A DNA stretch of 32,000 bases, from the NCBI GenBank assembly GCA_045605425.1, contig JAZUQA010000002.1, positions 358,715 to 390,714 on the forward strand. Direction: 5' to 3'. Position numbers and translations under genes: made by a program. The notes below the pieces were generated by a model. It did not search any database, was not told where the DNA came from, and saw only the letters and a program-made list of their open reading frames with translations. This DNA is from Acutalibacteraceae bacterium (GTDB lineage Bacteria; Bacillota; Clostridia; Oscillospirales; Acutalibacteraceae). Each line of letters starts with the position of its first letter. Positions within the stretch are counted from its first letter, which is position 1. Below are positions 7,689-16,600 of this stretch, piece by piece.

Positions 7689-8966
7689 GTGAAATGTATA
7701 TATTGCAATTCTGAAGATTTAACTGTATCAGATATTATTCCTTATGCATTAACAGGCGCAAAATTAAGGCGAGAATTTGTCTGTAAAAAGCATAATGCTT
7801 TCACTAACGACAATTATGAAAAAATAATGATAAACAAACTTGCAATGTATAGAAATCTGCTTGGATTAGCTACAAGAAGTGGAAAACCGGTGTCTTTTTC
7901 TGCAGATTTAGAAATTGATGGTTATAAAATTGAAAACGAAAGTATTTCGGATAAGGCTTCAATAATGAGTGGTAAACGTGTATTTAGTACTGTGAATGAA
8001 AAAGGTCAAAAAGTTGTTCTTGGTGATAAAACAAAATTGTTGAAAATTAATGGTGCTACTGAGGAACAAATTAAAGATATTAGTTTAGGGAATATTTCTA
8101 TTAGTAGAATCGATGACCTTAGAGATTTGTTTATTTCCAATGAAGCGTTGCATTCTGTTGCAAAGATTGCATATGAATGGCATTGCTTTATGAATAACAT
8201 TGAAGAGTACAACGAAAAAGAATATAGTGAAATAGTTGATTATATTTTATCACCAGAGAGCAGTGCTGACTTGGTAGAAGTGGTAGTTGATGCTGGTATG
8301 TGGGCGGTATATGATAATTATTCAACAACAGGCGCCAATTTTCTTTTTGAATATGATGATACTGATGGTAAAACTTATGTAATATTTGGACTTTGGAATA
8401 TTATGTTATATAAGGTGAAAATATGTGAAGCCACAACAAAAAAAGAAACTGAATATACTTTGAGAACAGCATTTTTATATCATATAGATGGTAGAAAAAC
8501 TCAAGATGTTTTTATAACGCCAAAATCACTTCATATAGTTGGTGTTGAACCATTAACAGGTATTACACATCTATTATCTGATATTAAGATAAGGATGTCA
8601 AAAATTGGAGAAAGAGATCTTTCACGTGAATATTTGAAAATAAATATAGAAAAAATCAAGAAATTGTTAAGCCGTTACAAATCTGGTCAGATTACCATTT
8701 CTGAATTGCTTGACTATGAAGCAGATGATAGGATAACAACATTTTATATTTTAGAATTAATTTGGACAAACAAGTCTGAATACTTAACAAATGAAACATT
8801 TACAGCGAATATGATAAAGTTGCTCAATACAAACGACAGATTTATAGTAACTCAAGAAAAAAGAAAAGAAATAATTGAACATTATGTAAAAATGGATAAC
8901 GACTCTACATTCATTAATCTAATAGAAAAATCTATCAAATTTTTTGAAGAAAATTGCCAAAATTAG
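7689..8966 (+). CDS. Degenerate HNH-like (Cys-rich N-terminus) protein, 425 aa
   Basis: GAGGTG RBS then GTG at 7689. The N-terminus CIYCNSEDLTVSDIIPYALTGAKLRREFVCKKHN resembles the HNH_5-type pattern C.YC....T.EHIIP.ALGG...VC..CN, but with His replaced by Asp and the second CxxC degraded. The rest is unrecognised. Confidence 0.55.
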   Translation: MKCIYCNSEDLTVSDIIPYALTGAKLRREFVCKKHNAFTNDNYEKIMINKLAMYRNLLGLATRSGKPVSFSADLEIDGYKIENESISDKASIMSGKRVFSTVNEKGQKVVLGDKTKLLKINGATEEQIKDISLGNISISRIDDLRDLFISNEALHSVAKIAYEWHCFMNNIEEYNEKEYSEIVDYILSPESSADLVEVVVDAGMWAVYDNYSTTGANFLFEYDDTDGKTYVIFGLWNIMLYKVKICEATTKKETEYTLRTAFLYHIDGRKTQDVFITPKSLHIVGVEPLTGITHLLSDIKIRMSKIGERDLSREYLKINIEKIKKLLSRYKSGQITISELLDYEADDRITTFYILELIWTNKSEYLTNETFTANMIKLLNTNDRFIVTQEKRKEIIEHYVKMDNDSTFINLIEKSIKFFEENCQN

Positions 8967-9050
8967 TTTTTGTTAATAAGTTTTCACACATTCGACAAAA
9001 TACAAACCTCTTTGTAAAATGGTATTACCAAATACAAGGAGGTCATTTTT

Positions 9051-9209
9051 ATGTTTAATAAGAAAACCAAACTGAAGCTCACGGATTTTGAGTGTAACCT
9101 GTTAATCAACGGAATGAATGAGTTCCGAAATATGCTTCTCTCGGACGGTATCCCCACAGAAGATGTTGACGAACTGCTCATTAAAATTATCAATAAATCT
9201 GAAAGATAA
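9051..9209 (+). CDS. small hypothetical protein (52 aa, not in ORF track)
   Basis: AAGGAGG RBS 8 nt before ATG 9051. Translation: MFNKKTKLKLTDFECNLLINGMNEFRNMLLSDGIPTEDVDELLIKIINKSER. Stop at 9207-9209, 11 nt before the next gene. Confidence 0.5.
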   Translation: MFNKKTKLKLTDFECNLLINGMNEFRNMLLSDGIPTEDVDELLIKIINKSER

Positions 9210-9220
9210 GGAGTGATAAT

Positions 9221-9499
9221 ATGTCTGACTTTATTGAAGATTTTTATTACGGAAACATAGAGCCGCAGGAGTGCACAACTGGTCTGACGGCAAAAGTTAA
9301 AAAGAGCCTGGGTGAGCTTGCCGGCAAAGAGGAGCATCTGACATCAATCCTCGCTGACAAAGAGCAGGAGCTTTTCACCGACTATGTAGCGACCTACATC
9401 AAATTTTCAAGTCTCTGCAACGCAGACAGCTTCACAGTCGGATTCAGACTCGGAGCAAGATTCACATATGACACTTTTATCGAAAACAAGAAAGGATGA
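9221..9499 (+). CDS. hypothetical protein of the kind found next to TnpV in clostridial mobile elements (92 aa)
   Basis: AAGGAG RBS. The stop overlaps the next gene. From memory, this protein type accompanies TnpV-like genes. Confidence 0.55.
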   Translation: MSDFIEDFYYGNIEPQECTTGLTAKVKKSLGELAGKEEHLTSILADKEQELFTDYVATYIKFSSLCNADSFTVGFRLGARFTYDTFIENKKG

Positions 9500-9504
9500 A
9501 ATTT

Positions 9505-9861
9505 ATGGCAAACGTTACCTACAGACAAGTCAATGATTATATGATACCCAATCTCACACTCCCGCCCGAAGAATCAGCTGTCCGCCTCGGCAAATGGGGT
9601 ATGCTGTATAAGGACTACTTACAAAAACATAACCCCGTCCTTTTCGCAACTCTCCTTACCCAAGGTAAACTCTACCAGTGCTGTGCCGAGGTAGAAAATC
9701 AAGCAAAAGATATGTTTGATACTCTCGTTGAGCAGATGAAGGAAAGCGAAGGTGTCACAGAAGTATTAAAAGAACAAAACCAATGGGAGTGGGTACAAAG
9801 AATGAATAACATTCAACAAAGAGCTAGAGCCATAGTTGAACATATTATAATTTTTAGTTAA
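9505..9861 (+). CDS. TnpV-like transposon accessory protein
   Basis: MANVTYRQVNDYMIPNLTLPPEE...GKWGMLYKDYLQKHNPVLF...EGVTEVLKEQNQWEWVQRMNNIQQRA resembles the Tn4451 TnpV family (recalled, not searched). Start chosen at the second ATG. Confidence 0.55.
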   Translation: MANVTYRQVNDYMIPNLTLPPEESAVRLGKWGMLYKDYLQKHNPVLFATLLTQGKLYQCCAEVENQAKDMFDTLVEQMKESEGVTEVLKEQNQWEWVQRMNNIQQRARAIVEHIIIFS

Positions 9862-9863
9862 AC

Positions 9864-9900
9864 AAAAATCAAGGGCAAAAATTCACTGCCCTTGATTTTT
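9864..9900. terminator. Bidirectional terminator between convergent genes
   Basis: AAAAATCAAGGGCA (9864-9877) / TGCCCTTGATTTTT (9887-9900), with an A-run on one side and a T-run on the other. Confidence 0.75.
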
Positions 9901-10781
9901 TAATACGCATAATATTCCGCACCTAAATTTTGGAGCTTTGCTACTCTATCATCACTGTTTGGATGTGTTGAATATAAAGCCTTGAGTAAGCCATTTTCCG
10001 GTTTTGAACACATATGTCTATCCAATACACTTTCTAGAGTTTCCCCGTAACCAATTTGATATGCATACTTATCAGCTATGAATTCATTCTGACGCATAGA
10101 CCACATAAGAAATAACATACAAAATTTTGTCCATAACCAAATGGATACAGTAGACAACCCGCCAAAGATTGTCATAAGAATTGTACCCCAAACACTTTTA
10201 GTACCAATTCCCATTATTGTAAAGAAGCCTGTTATTAACCAGCAAACAACCTTTATTATCAAAAGAATACCGGAAATCATCAGATTCCCACCGCCAATTA
10301 ATAATTGAATTGTTGAATGATGGTATGCGATGTGTCCGAGCTCGTGTGCAAAAACCGCCATAATTTCATTATCTGACAGTTTTAAAAGTCCATCTGTGAC
10401 ACATATGGTTTTTCTTCCTATAGCAAATGCATTTGGTGATTCATCATGTATTATTTTCAAATGTATTTCATCTACCATTGATGGTGTTCTTTTTTTTGCT
10501 TTTTCAAACACTATTTCCAACAAAGGGATTAGTCTAATTTTTATATCTTTACGTTTTATCTCTCTGGCACCGGACATAGCCGCAAGAGTCCATTCTCCCA
10601 CAGGAGACAGGCTAATTAATACTGTTGATAGATAACAACCAACAAGCGGAAGTGCGGTTTCCAATGTTAAACTATACGGATAAAACAAAGCTAATATCAA
10701 AGAAATATTTAAAAGAAAAAATATTAAAGTTCCCAAATTAGATATTCTAAAAATTCTTCCAAGCCTGTGCCAAATATCCAC
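9900..10781 (-). CDS. M48-family (HtpX-like) membrane zinc metallopeptidase
   Basis: HELGHIAYHH (HExxH) plus STHPNSDDRVAKL. Multiple TM helices. GGAGG RBS then a GTG start. Confidence 0.8.
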   Translation of the reverse strand: MDIWHRLGRIFRISNLGTLIFFLLNISLILALFYPYSLTLETALPLVGCYLSTVLISLSPVGEWTLAAMSGAREIKRKDIKIRLIPLLEIVFEKAKKRTPSMVDEIHLKIIHDESPNAFAIGRKTICVTDGLLKLSDNEIMAVFAHELGHIAYHHSTIQLLIGGGNLMISGILLIIKVVCWLITGFFTIMGIGTKSVWGTILMTIFGGLSTVSIWLWTKFCMLFLMWSMRQNEFIADKYAYQIGYGETLESVLDRHMCSKPENGLLKALYSTHPNSDDRVAKLQNLGAEYYAY

Positions 10782-10803
10782 AAAACAGCCTCCTTTTTAG
10801 CCA

Positions 10804-11070
10804 CTAATCAATGAAGTTAAATACATCTTTAAACTTTTCTTTAAAGATTTCAAACACAACTTGCAGAGTTGCTTCATTATCAACACTGATATAACTCTCT
10901 GTTTCATCAGCTACTTCTTCAAGTTGTAGGATAACAACCTCATCAGTTTTATCGGAAACCGGAAGCAAAACCACATATTCTTTGCCACGATAAGGAATGA
11001 GATCAAGGAATTCAAACTCCGCTTCATTACCCTCGTCATCATTTAAAACTATTATATTTTCGTTTTCCAT
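10804..11070 (-). CDS. DUF1292-family small acidic protein
   Basis: The pattern DDEGNEAEFEFLDLIPYRGKEYVVLLPVSD..DEVVILQLEE is characteristic of DUF1292. Confidence 0.7.
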   Translation of the reverse strand: MENENIIVLNDDEGNEAEFEFLDLIPYRGKEYVVLLPVSDKTDEVVILQLEEVADETESYISVDNEATLQVVFEIFKEKFKDVFNFID

Positions 11071-11081
11071 TTTTCCACCTT

Positions 11082-11336
11082 TTAATACAGATACTCATCA
11101 TTCAGCTCAACACCGAGCAATTCAAGTAGAGTATCTTTTTTGTTTTCAATACAAGTTTTCATAGCGGATTTGATACTGTCCATAGAAATGCTGTCAGGCA
11201 GCATAGCTCTCGGAACAGTATGACCGAACATTGCCTTGTATTGTTCTTCGATTTGATAGTATTCTTGATCTATTACAGGTTCGGGAGTATCAAGAAAAGC
11301 ATTCATAAAATCTGAAACCTTTTTATCTATACTCAT
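11082..11336 (-). CDS. putative immunity protein for the HExxH toxin (84 aa)
   Basis: Starts 4 nt after the toxin stop with an AAAGGAG RBS. Small, acidic and helical. The call is positional only. Confidence 0.45.
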   Translation of the reverse strand: MSIDKKVSDFMNAFLDTPEPVIDQEYYQIEEQYKAMFGHTVPRAMLPDSISMDSIKSAMKTCIENKKDTLLELLGVELNDEYLY

Positions 11337-11339
11337 AAG

Positions 11340-12392
11340 TTATCTGCTCCTTTCTAATACCCGAACATATTGGTCGGGTTGGATTGATTCAATAAGTGTT
11401 GAAAACACGCCAAACGCAGTTGGGAAGAAGTTAGCAAGCATTTCAAGTTTTTCCTCACTACCCATAGATGCCTCAAAAAAGTGTGCAAACGCTTCAGCTT
11501 GAAGATTTCCGGAACGAGTCCAATATTCTCTTGAATGCCCGTAACTTCCGTGTAATTGCCCATTAGTGGTTGCATCTATTAAGTCTGAAAAAGAATGTGC
11601 TGAGTCAGACCGTATGCGTGTTAAAAAAGCGTTCTGCCGTTCAGGGGGGAGATTGTTATATAATTGCAATATCCGTTGACCGTCTCGCATTAACGCATTT
11701 CCAAATTCAGGTGTATTTGACAAGTTTCCTTGATAACCCGTTGATGCGTGGTCGATCATATGTGCAAGCTCGTGAAAATATGTAGTACCTGCACCTCTCG
11801 GATTAGACATATCCAATGTCGCATTGTAATAAACACCTCTCCGGTGTCCCTCATAGTTCATCGGTGAGTAATGTGCCGTTTGATTTGACGGATAGTTCGC
11901 ATCTTGTATCAACATTTGATTTGTAAAATGGTCAAATACTCTGCGAACTCTCGTTTCACCGTTTTGGTGTCTTTCAGATATTACATTGAGATAACCTTCA
12001 GGGATATTACCCCTCGTCAACACACCAAGACAATACTGATAGGAAGGTGTTTCACCTGCGGAATATGTCATATTTCTCAGGTTTCGAACAAAGGCATTGT
12101 CTGCGCCCATACTTCCATCTAAGTTAACATTATCATATTCCTGCAAACTTTTTGCAAGCGAACCTATGAATTGTTCGCCCTTGGATAAGATCTTCAAGAT
12201 TTCATTTAAGGCTTTGCTACATTCTTGAACGACATCGCCTAATTCCTTATACTTTTTATCTTTCCATTCGCCATTAAGTTGCTGATACTTTCTCGTCATT
12301 GACGATCTTGTCGTTTCGATGCTTGTAATTGCTGTCTTGATATTATTCCAAGATTGCAATAGCTCAGTTAGATCGGCATTTACCATTCCCAA
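11340..12392 (-). CDS. Polymorphic toxin: WXG100/LXG-like N-terminal domain + HExxH zinc-metallopeptidase C-terminal domain
   Basis: The N-terminal 90 aa are about 60% identical to the N-terminus of the 12630..13496 protein (W-K-D-K-K-Y, QEYDNVNL). The C-terminus has TTYFHELAHMIDH and a downstream EAFAHFFE (gluzincin-like third ligand). Likely TTG start. Confidence 0.75.
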   Translation of the reverse strand: MGMVNADLTELLQSWNNIKTAITSIETTRSSMTRKYQQLNGEWKDKKYKELGDVVQECSKALNEILKILSKGEQFIGSLAKSLQEYDNVNLDGSMGADNAFVRNLRNMTYSAGETPSYQYCLGVLTRGNIPEGYLNVISERHQNGETRVRRVFDHFTNQMLIQDANYPSNQTAHYSPMNYEGHRRGVYYNATLDMSNPRGAGTTYFHELAHMIDHASTGYQGNLSNTPEFGNALMRDGQRILQLYNNLPPERQNAFLTRIRSDSAHSFSDLIDATTNGQLHGSYGHSREYWTRSGNLQAEAFAHFFEASMGSEEKLEMLANFFPTAFGVFSTLIESIQPDQYVRVLERSR

Positions 12393-12434
12393 TATTATCC
12401 TTCCCTTGCGTTATAAGTTTGTAAAGGTCAAGAT

Positions 12435-12617
12435 TTATAATTTAATTCTTCCTTTTCTACTAAAGCAAGGACATTTAATGGTATTTGAAAGAACTTCTGT
12501 GGGTTTGCTTTCATATTTAGCACAACTATCTTTGCATTTTGGAGTTTGAAATTCGCATAAGTCACATTGTGATTTTGCGATAACTACCTCATTTTCTTTC
12601 CAACAAAACTTATCCAT
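12435..12617 (-). CDS. Cys-rich small protein (60 aa), putative immunity or zinc-ribbon protein
   Basis: GGAGGA RBS. Contains C-x2-C-x6-C-x3-C (CDLCEFQTPKCKDSC) plus C5 and CPC. Lies directly downstream of the ART toxin. Confidence 0.5.
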   Translation of the reverse strand: MDKFCWKENEVVIAKSQCDLCEFQTPKCKDSCAKYESKPTEVLSNTIKCPCFSRKGRIKL

Positions 12618-12629
12618 AATATTCCTCCG

Positions 12630-13496
12630 TTACACAAGCATTCTTGCAATAATCGTTCTGTTTCCAAACATGTCTCGTCTTACATCAGTTATTTGTAGCA
12701 TCTGTCCACAATCGAATAATACTTCACTTTCGTAGTGTTGTGCGTGACTTAAATAACCAACATAAGCACCATTCGCTCCTTCAGGAACTGATATTTCATA
12801 TCTGATTTCTCCACCAAACGCATCCTCTCTATTCAGGCTTGTACTCATAAAACCATCATCGCTTATAATGTTACCTATTAGTTCCTCATCGGTTGCATTC
12901 GCATAATTGCCAAGCGAACTACGCGAAGCACCTCTATATACGGTACAAGACTGAGGGATACTGCTTTGACTTAAAGCACTATGTATTAAAGATGCTCTCT
13001 CGTGATTTCCGGCATCAAAATCAGATTCCAATCCTCTTAAAACAGCGTTAATATTAACATATGAAGTGCCTGTATAATCTCTTATGGCTGATCGTTCAGA
13101 AGGCGATAGATTGTCCGACCATTCTTTACCCGCCAATTTTACTGTTGCATTATTATCATTTCCTGACAAGGAATTAGTTGTGTTTGATGCAGGATTAGAA
13201 GTTGGTGGTGGAGTTCCACCGGCAAAATTAACATTCTCATATTCTTGCAAACTTTTCACAAGGAGTGCAACATATTTTTCTCCTTGTAAAAGCGTTTTTA
13301 AGATTGTATTTAACGACTTTGAGCAATCGTTTACTACATCGCCTAAGTCCTTATACTTTTTATCATTCCAACCGTTTCCAAGTTGCTGATATTTTGTAGA
13401 TATTGAAGCTTTTGTTGTTTCGATACTATCTATTGCAGTTTGCATATTCTTTACAGTGTACAATAAAGTATTCAAATCAGAATTAACTACACTCAA
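12630..13496 (-). CDS. Polymorphic toxin: WXG100/LXG-like N-terminal domain + R-S-E ADP-ribosyltransferase domain
   Basis: The C-terminus carries the C3/VIP2-type motifs AIRDYTGTSYVNINAVLRG, TVYRG (Arg), GFMSTSL (S-T-S) and HYESEVLF (E-x-E). The N-terminus has GWNDKKY and QEYENVNF, then a Pro/Thr linker. TTG start after GAGGTGA. Confidence 0.85.
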   Translation of the reverse strand: MSVVNSDLNTLLYTVKNMQTAIDSIETTKASISTKYQQLGNGWNDKKYKDLGDVVNDCSKSLNTILKTLLQGEKYVALLVKSLQEYENVNFAGGTPPPTSNPASNTTNSLSGNDNNATVKLAGKEWSDNLSPSERSAIRDYTGTSYVNINAVLRGLESDFDAGNHERASLIHSALSQSSIPQSCTVYRGASRSSLGNYANATDEELIGNIISDDGFMSTSLNREDAFGGEIRYEISVPEGANGAYVGYLSHAQHYESEVLFDCGQMLQITDVRRDMFGNRTIIARMLV

Positions 13497-13554
13497 AATA
13501 TCACCTCGGATTCATCCATCAATCATAATTCCTTGTTCGTTCTTTTGGGAATTA

Positions 13555-13592
13555 GCCATATACACAAAGGTGTGAACCTCTGTGTATATGGC
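13555..13592 (-). promoter_or_regulatory. Perfect 12-bp hairpin between the ATPase and toxin genes (processing or attenuation element?)
   Basis: GCCATATACACA (13555-13566) / TGTGTATATGGC (13581-13592) with a 14-nt loop. No U-tract follows on the transcribed (minus) strand. Confidence 0.4.
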
Positions 13593-13604
13593 ATATCCAC
13601 ACAT

Positions 13605-16600
13605 TTAATCAAATAGTTTCTTCACTTCATTTGCAGACGGTGTAATATACGGTTTCATTTGGAATGTGTTTTTAACTCCATCCGTGAAGTAAACCGTATT
13701 ATCTCTTAAGCCTGCAACTGAAACATTTTCAATAAGGTTATCAGCATCGTTAGCGCCAAGGGAGAATATGATACGTTCGGGGAATTTGTTAAGAATATTC
13801 TCGCCATAATACATACATTCTCTTACCGTTTGATACTCGAGCGATGTAACAACGAAATGAATACCGAATCCTGAACCATCTGCAATCATCTTAAGAAGCT
13901 TTTCACCAACTGACATATTATCGTCATTACCTCTACTTGATGAGAAGTTGGCGATAGCATTCATTGCTGCAATAGGATCAACTGCAATATCCTTTTCAGG
14001 TTCTTCACTGATAAACTCACTTTCATCAATGTAGTCACCTTTAAACATTGATTTGACAATATCCAAGAACTGTAGATTTTTAATAATAACAAAAATTACA
14101 TCATCGCTATTTTGCTTTTTCCATGCTTGATAGTTTTGATACACTTCATTTATAAAGTTGATAATATCTCCTCTGTTACTTGCAATTTTAAAATTATCAC
14201 TACAATTTGAAATCGCATCATAAAAATCTGCAGAACTATCGTCACCAACAAGAGAATCACCATCTATGCAATATACTGTTGCATTCTGATTAAGCAAAGC
14301 TGATATCATATAGTTGTTTGACACAGTATTTGCCATTCGCTCATTTGAACCGCAAATTAGCAAGTTGTGTTTCTTCTTTTTGTCGATTGTAATTGAAAAC
14401 GGTGGTGCAACTTTGATAAGAGTACCCATATGTATTTTTGCTGGCAATTCTGATGTGCGAGTAATAGAATTCTCAGTGAAATAATCAGACAATTGTGTTG
14501 TTCTTCCGCCTTCAAATGTTTGCAGTTTATACGGAGATTCTGAGTATGTTTCGCTTATCAACTTCAGATATTCTCGTTGCGTATTATCATCACAATATGC
14601 AGCTCTGAATCCTATATTGGATTGCTCTGTATAATCCAAATTCATTACTGCTGTTCCTATAGGTCCTTTCATCATTGCAAGAGCCTTAGAATCGTTTTCA
14701 TCTGAGAATAGATACCTCGCATCGTTTTCACCACATTTCAAACCTATACGAATTCGCATCTGTTCAATAGTACCGTGTGATAACGTAAGGTCAGAAATAA
14801 CTTTTGTGGACTGTGTTGCCATTAACAAATGAATACCAAAAGCACGACCCTCTGTAACAATTCTCTTTGTAAGTTCCGCACAATTCATTGCAACTTTACG
14901 ATTTGTAGAGTCATTAAATAAGATTTGGAATTCATCCATAATCACTAAAATTCTTGGCAAAGCTTGTCCTGTTACCTGTGTATACCCTTTAAGACTAGTT
15001 TGTCCGGCATCTTTAAAAAGAGAACCTCTATGTTCCATTTCAGCAACCAGATTTTCAAGAATGCTTTCGCCGAATTCCTGCATCGCATCCAAAGCAAGAA
15101 GCTGAATATGCGGCAGCTTAACAGATTCATAAACTTTAAACTCTGTACCACTCTTAAAGTCCATAAGATACAAATGTAGTTGTTCAGGACTGTAGTGAAG
15201 CATACTACTCATAATAAGAGTATGTAGCAATGTTGATTTACCAGAACCAGTAGCACCAGCAATAAGACCATGATGAGATGAGCCCTCTCCGATAGTAATA
15301 TTGATAATGCTATCACCATCACCAACACCAACCGGTATTTTCAAAGATTTCGACGATTCAAATGAGAATAAATCTTCAGCTATGATATCTTTAAAAGACA
15401 ATCCTTGTTTTTTGATAGTTTCGCTCTTTTCGACATATTCTTTGACAAAGCTATCAATTGTGTTGAAGGATAACGAAGCAGGAGTATTAATTTGCAGATT
15501 ATATGGAAGTAATCCATAATGTCCGTCTTTATAATCAATTGACGCACAATATTTTGAAATCTGCTCCAAGCGTTCATCAATACTTTCATAGCGAGAGAAG
15601 GTAATGTTGGGATTGTAACAAATTATAGTGAAAACACCACATTTGTTTCCGTTTCTTAGAATATTGGTCAGTAAATCCAAGCATCTTCCATCCATACCAC
15701 TTGGGAAATCATATAAAAGCAATAAAGTAATAGGTTCTGCTCGATTTGGGGTGTTTAAATTATAATCAAGGATATCCTTATATCTATTGCCTAGTTTTTC
15801 CTGTATAAACTCATCAATTTGAGCGTTAATTTTTTGAAGCCTGTCATAAATCTGTTCTTGACTTGTATATATCTTTTGGTCAAAGGTTTCAGATGAGCGT
15901 TTTCTGAAATCTAAAAACGGAATTATGCTATTACCCCTTTGTTCGCAATCAGCAATACATACATTTACTTTCGTTATAGGCATAAATGAGAGAAAACTCC
16001 AAATTACATGGTGTGTAAAATCAAGCATGCCTTTATTATTTTCTTCCGGACAGTTTAATAATAAATTAAACGAATTTCTCAAATCGAAAGTTAGCGGCAA
16101 TTCAACAAAAGAAGAATTTTCTGTTTCTGATTTCTTCTCTGCACCAAACCTATCCACTATAGTTTGATAGCCAATACTATCTGAGAAAATATCAGATGGA
16201 TACATTACATTTCCAAGTGTAACAAGAGATGGGAACAAAGTGTTTATTTCGGGAACCTGTGCATATGCTTTTTCATAGCTTTTCATCATTTCACATATTT
16301 GCTCAATATGGGCATCAAGTTCCATTGAATCTCGAGCGTCAACAAGTTTTCTGATTAACGGAGAGAAAGCAATACCTCTATTTTTAATTCCTTCAAATAT
16401 AAGCATGTATTTACTGAAAAATTTAGCAAACTCAACTTTTTCAGGCATAGAATGATATAAAATTGGCAGACCTCTCAAAGAGAAATTTTCTCCGTTTTGG
16501 GTTATTACCGTTGATAAATCAACAACTGACTGTAGTGCTTGTTCATATTCTCTTGAACGAGAACCATCAAAATTAGGCAAGTAAGATATCAAAGTATATA

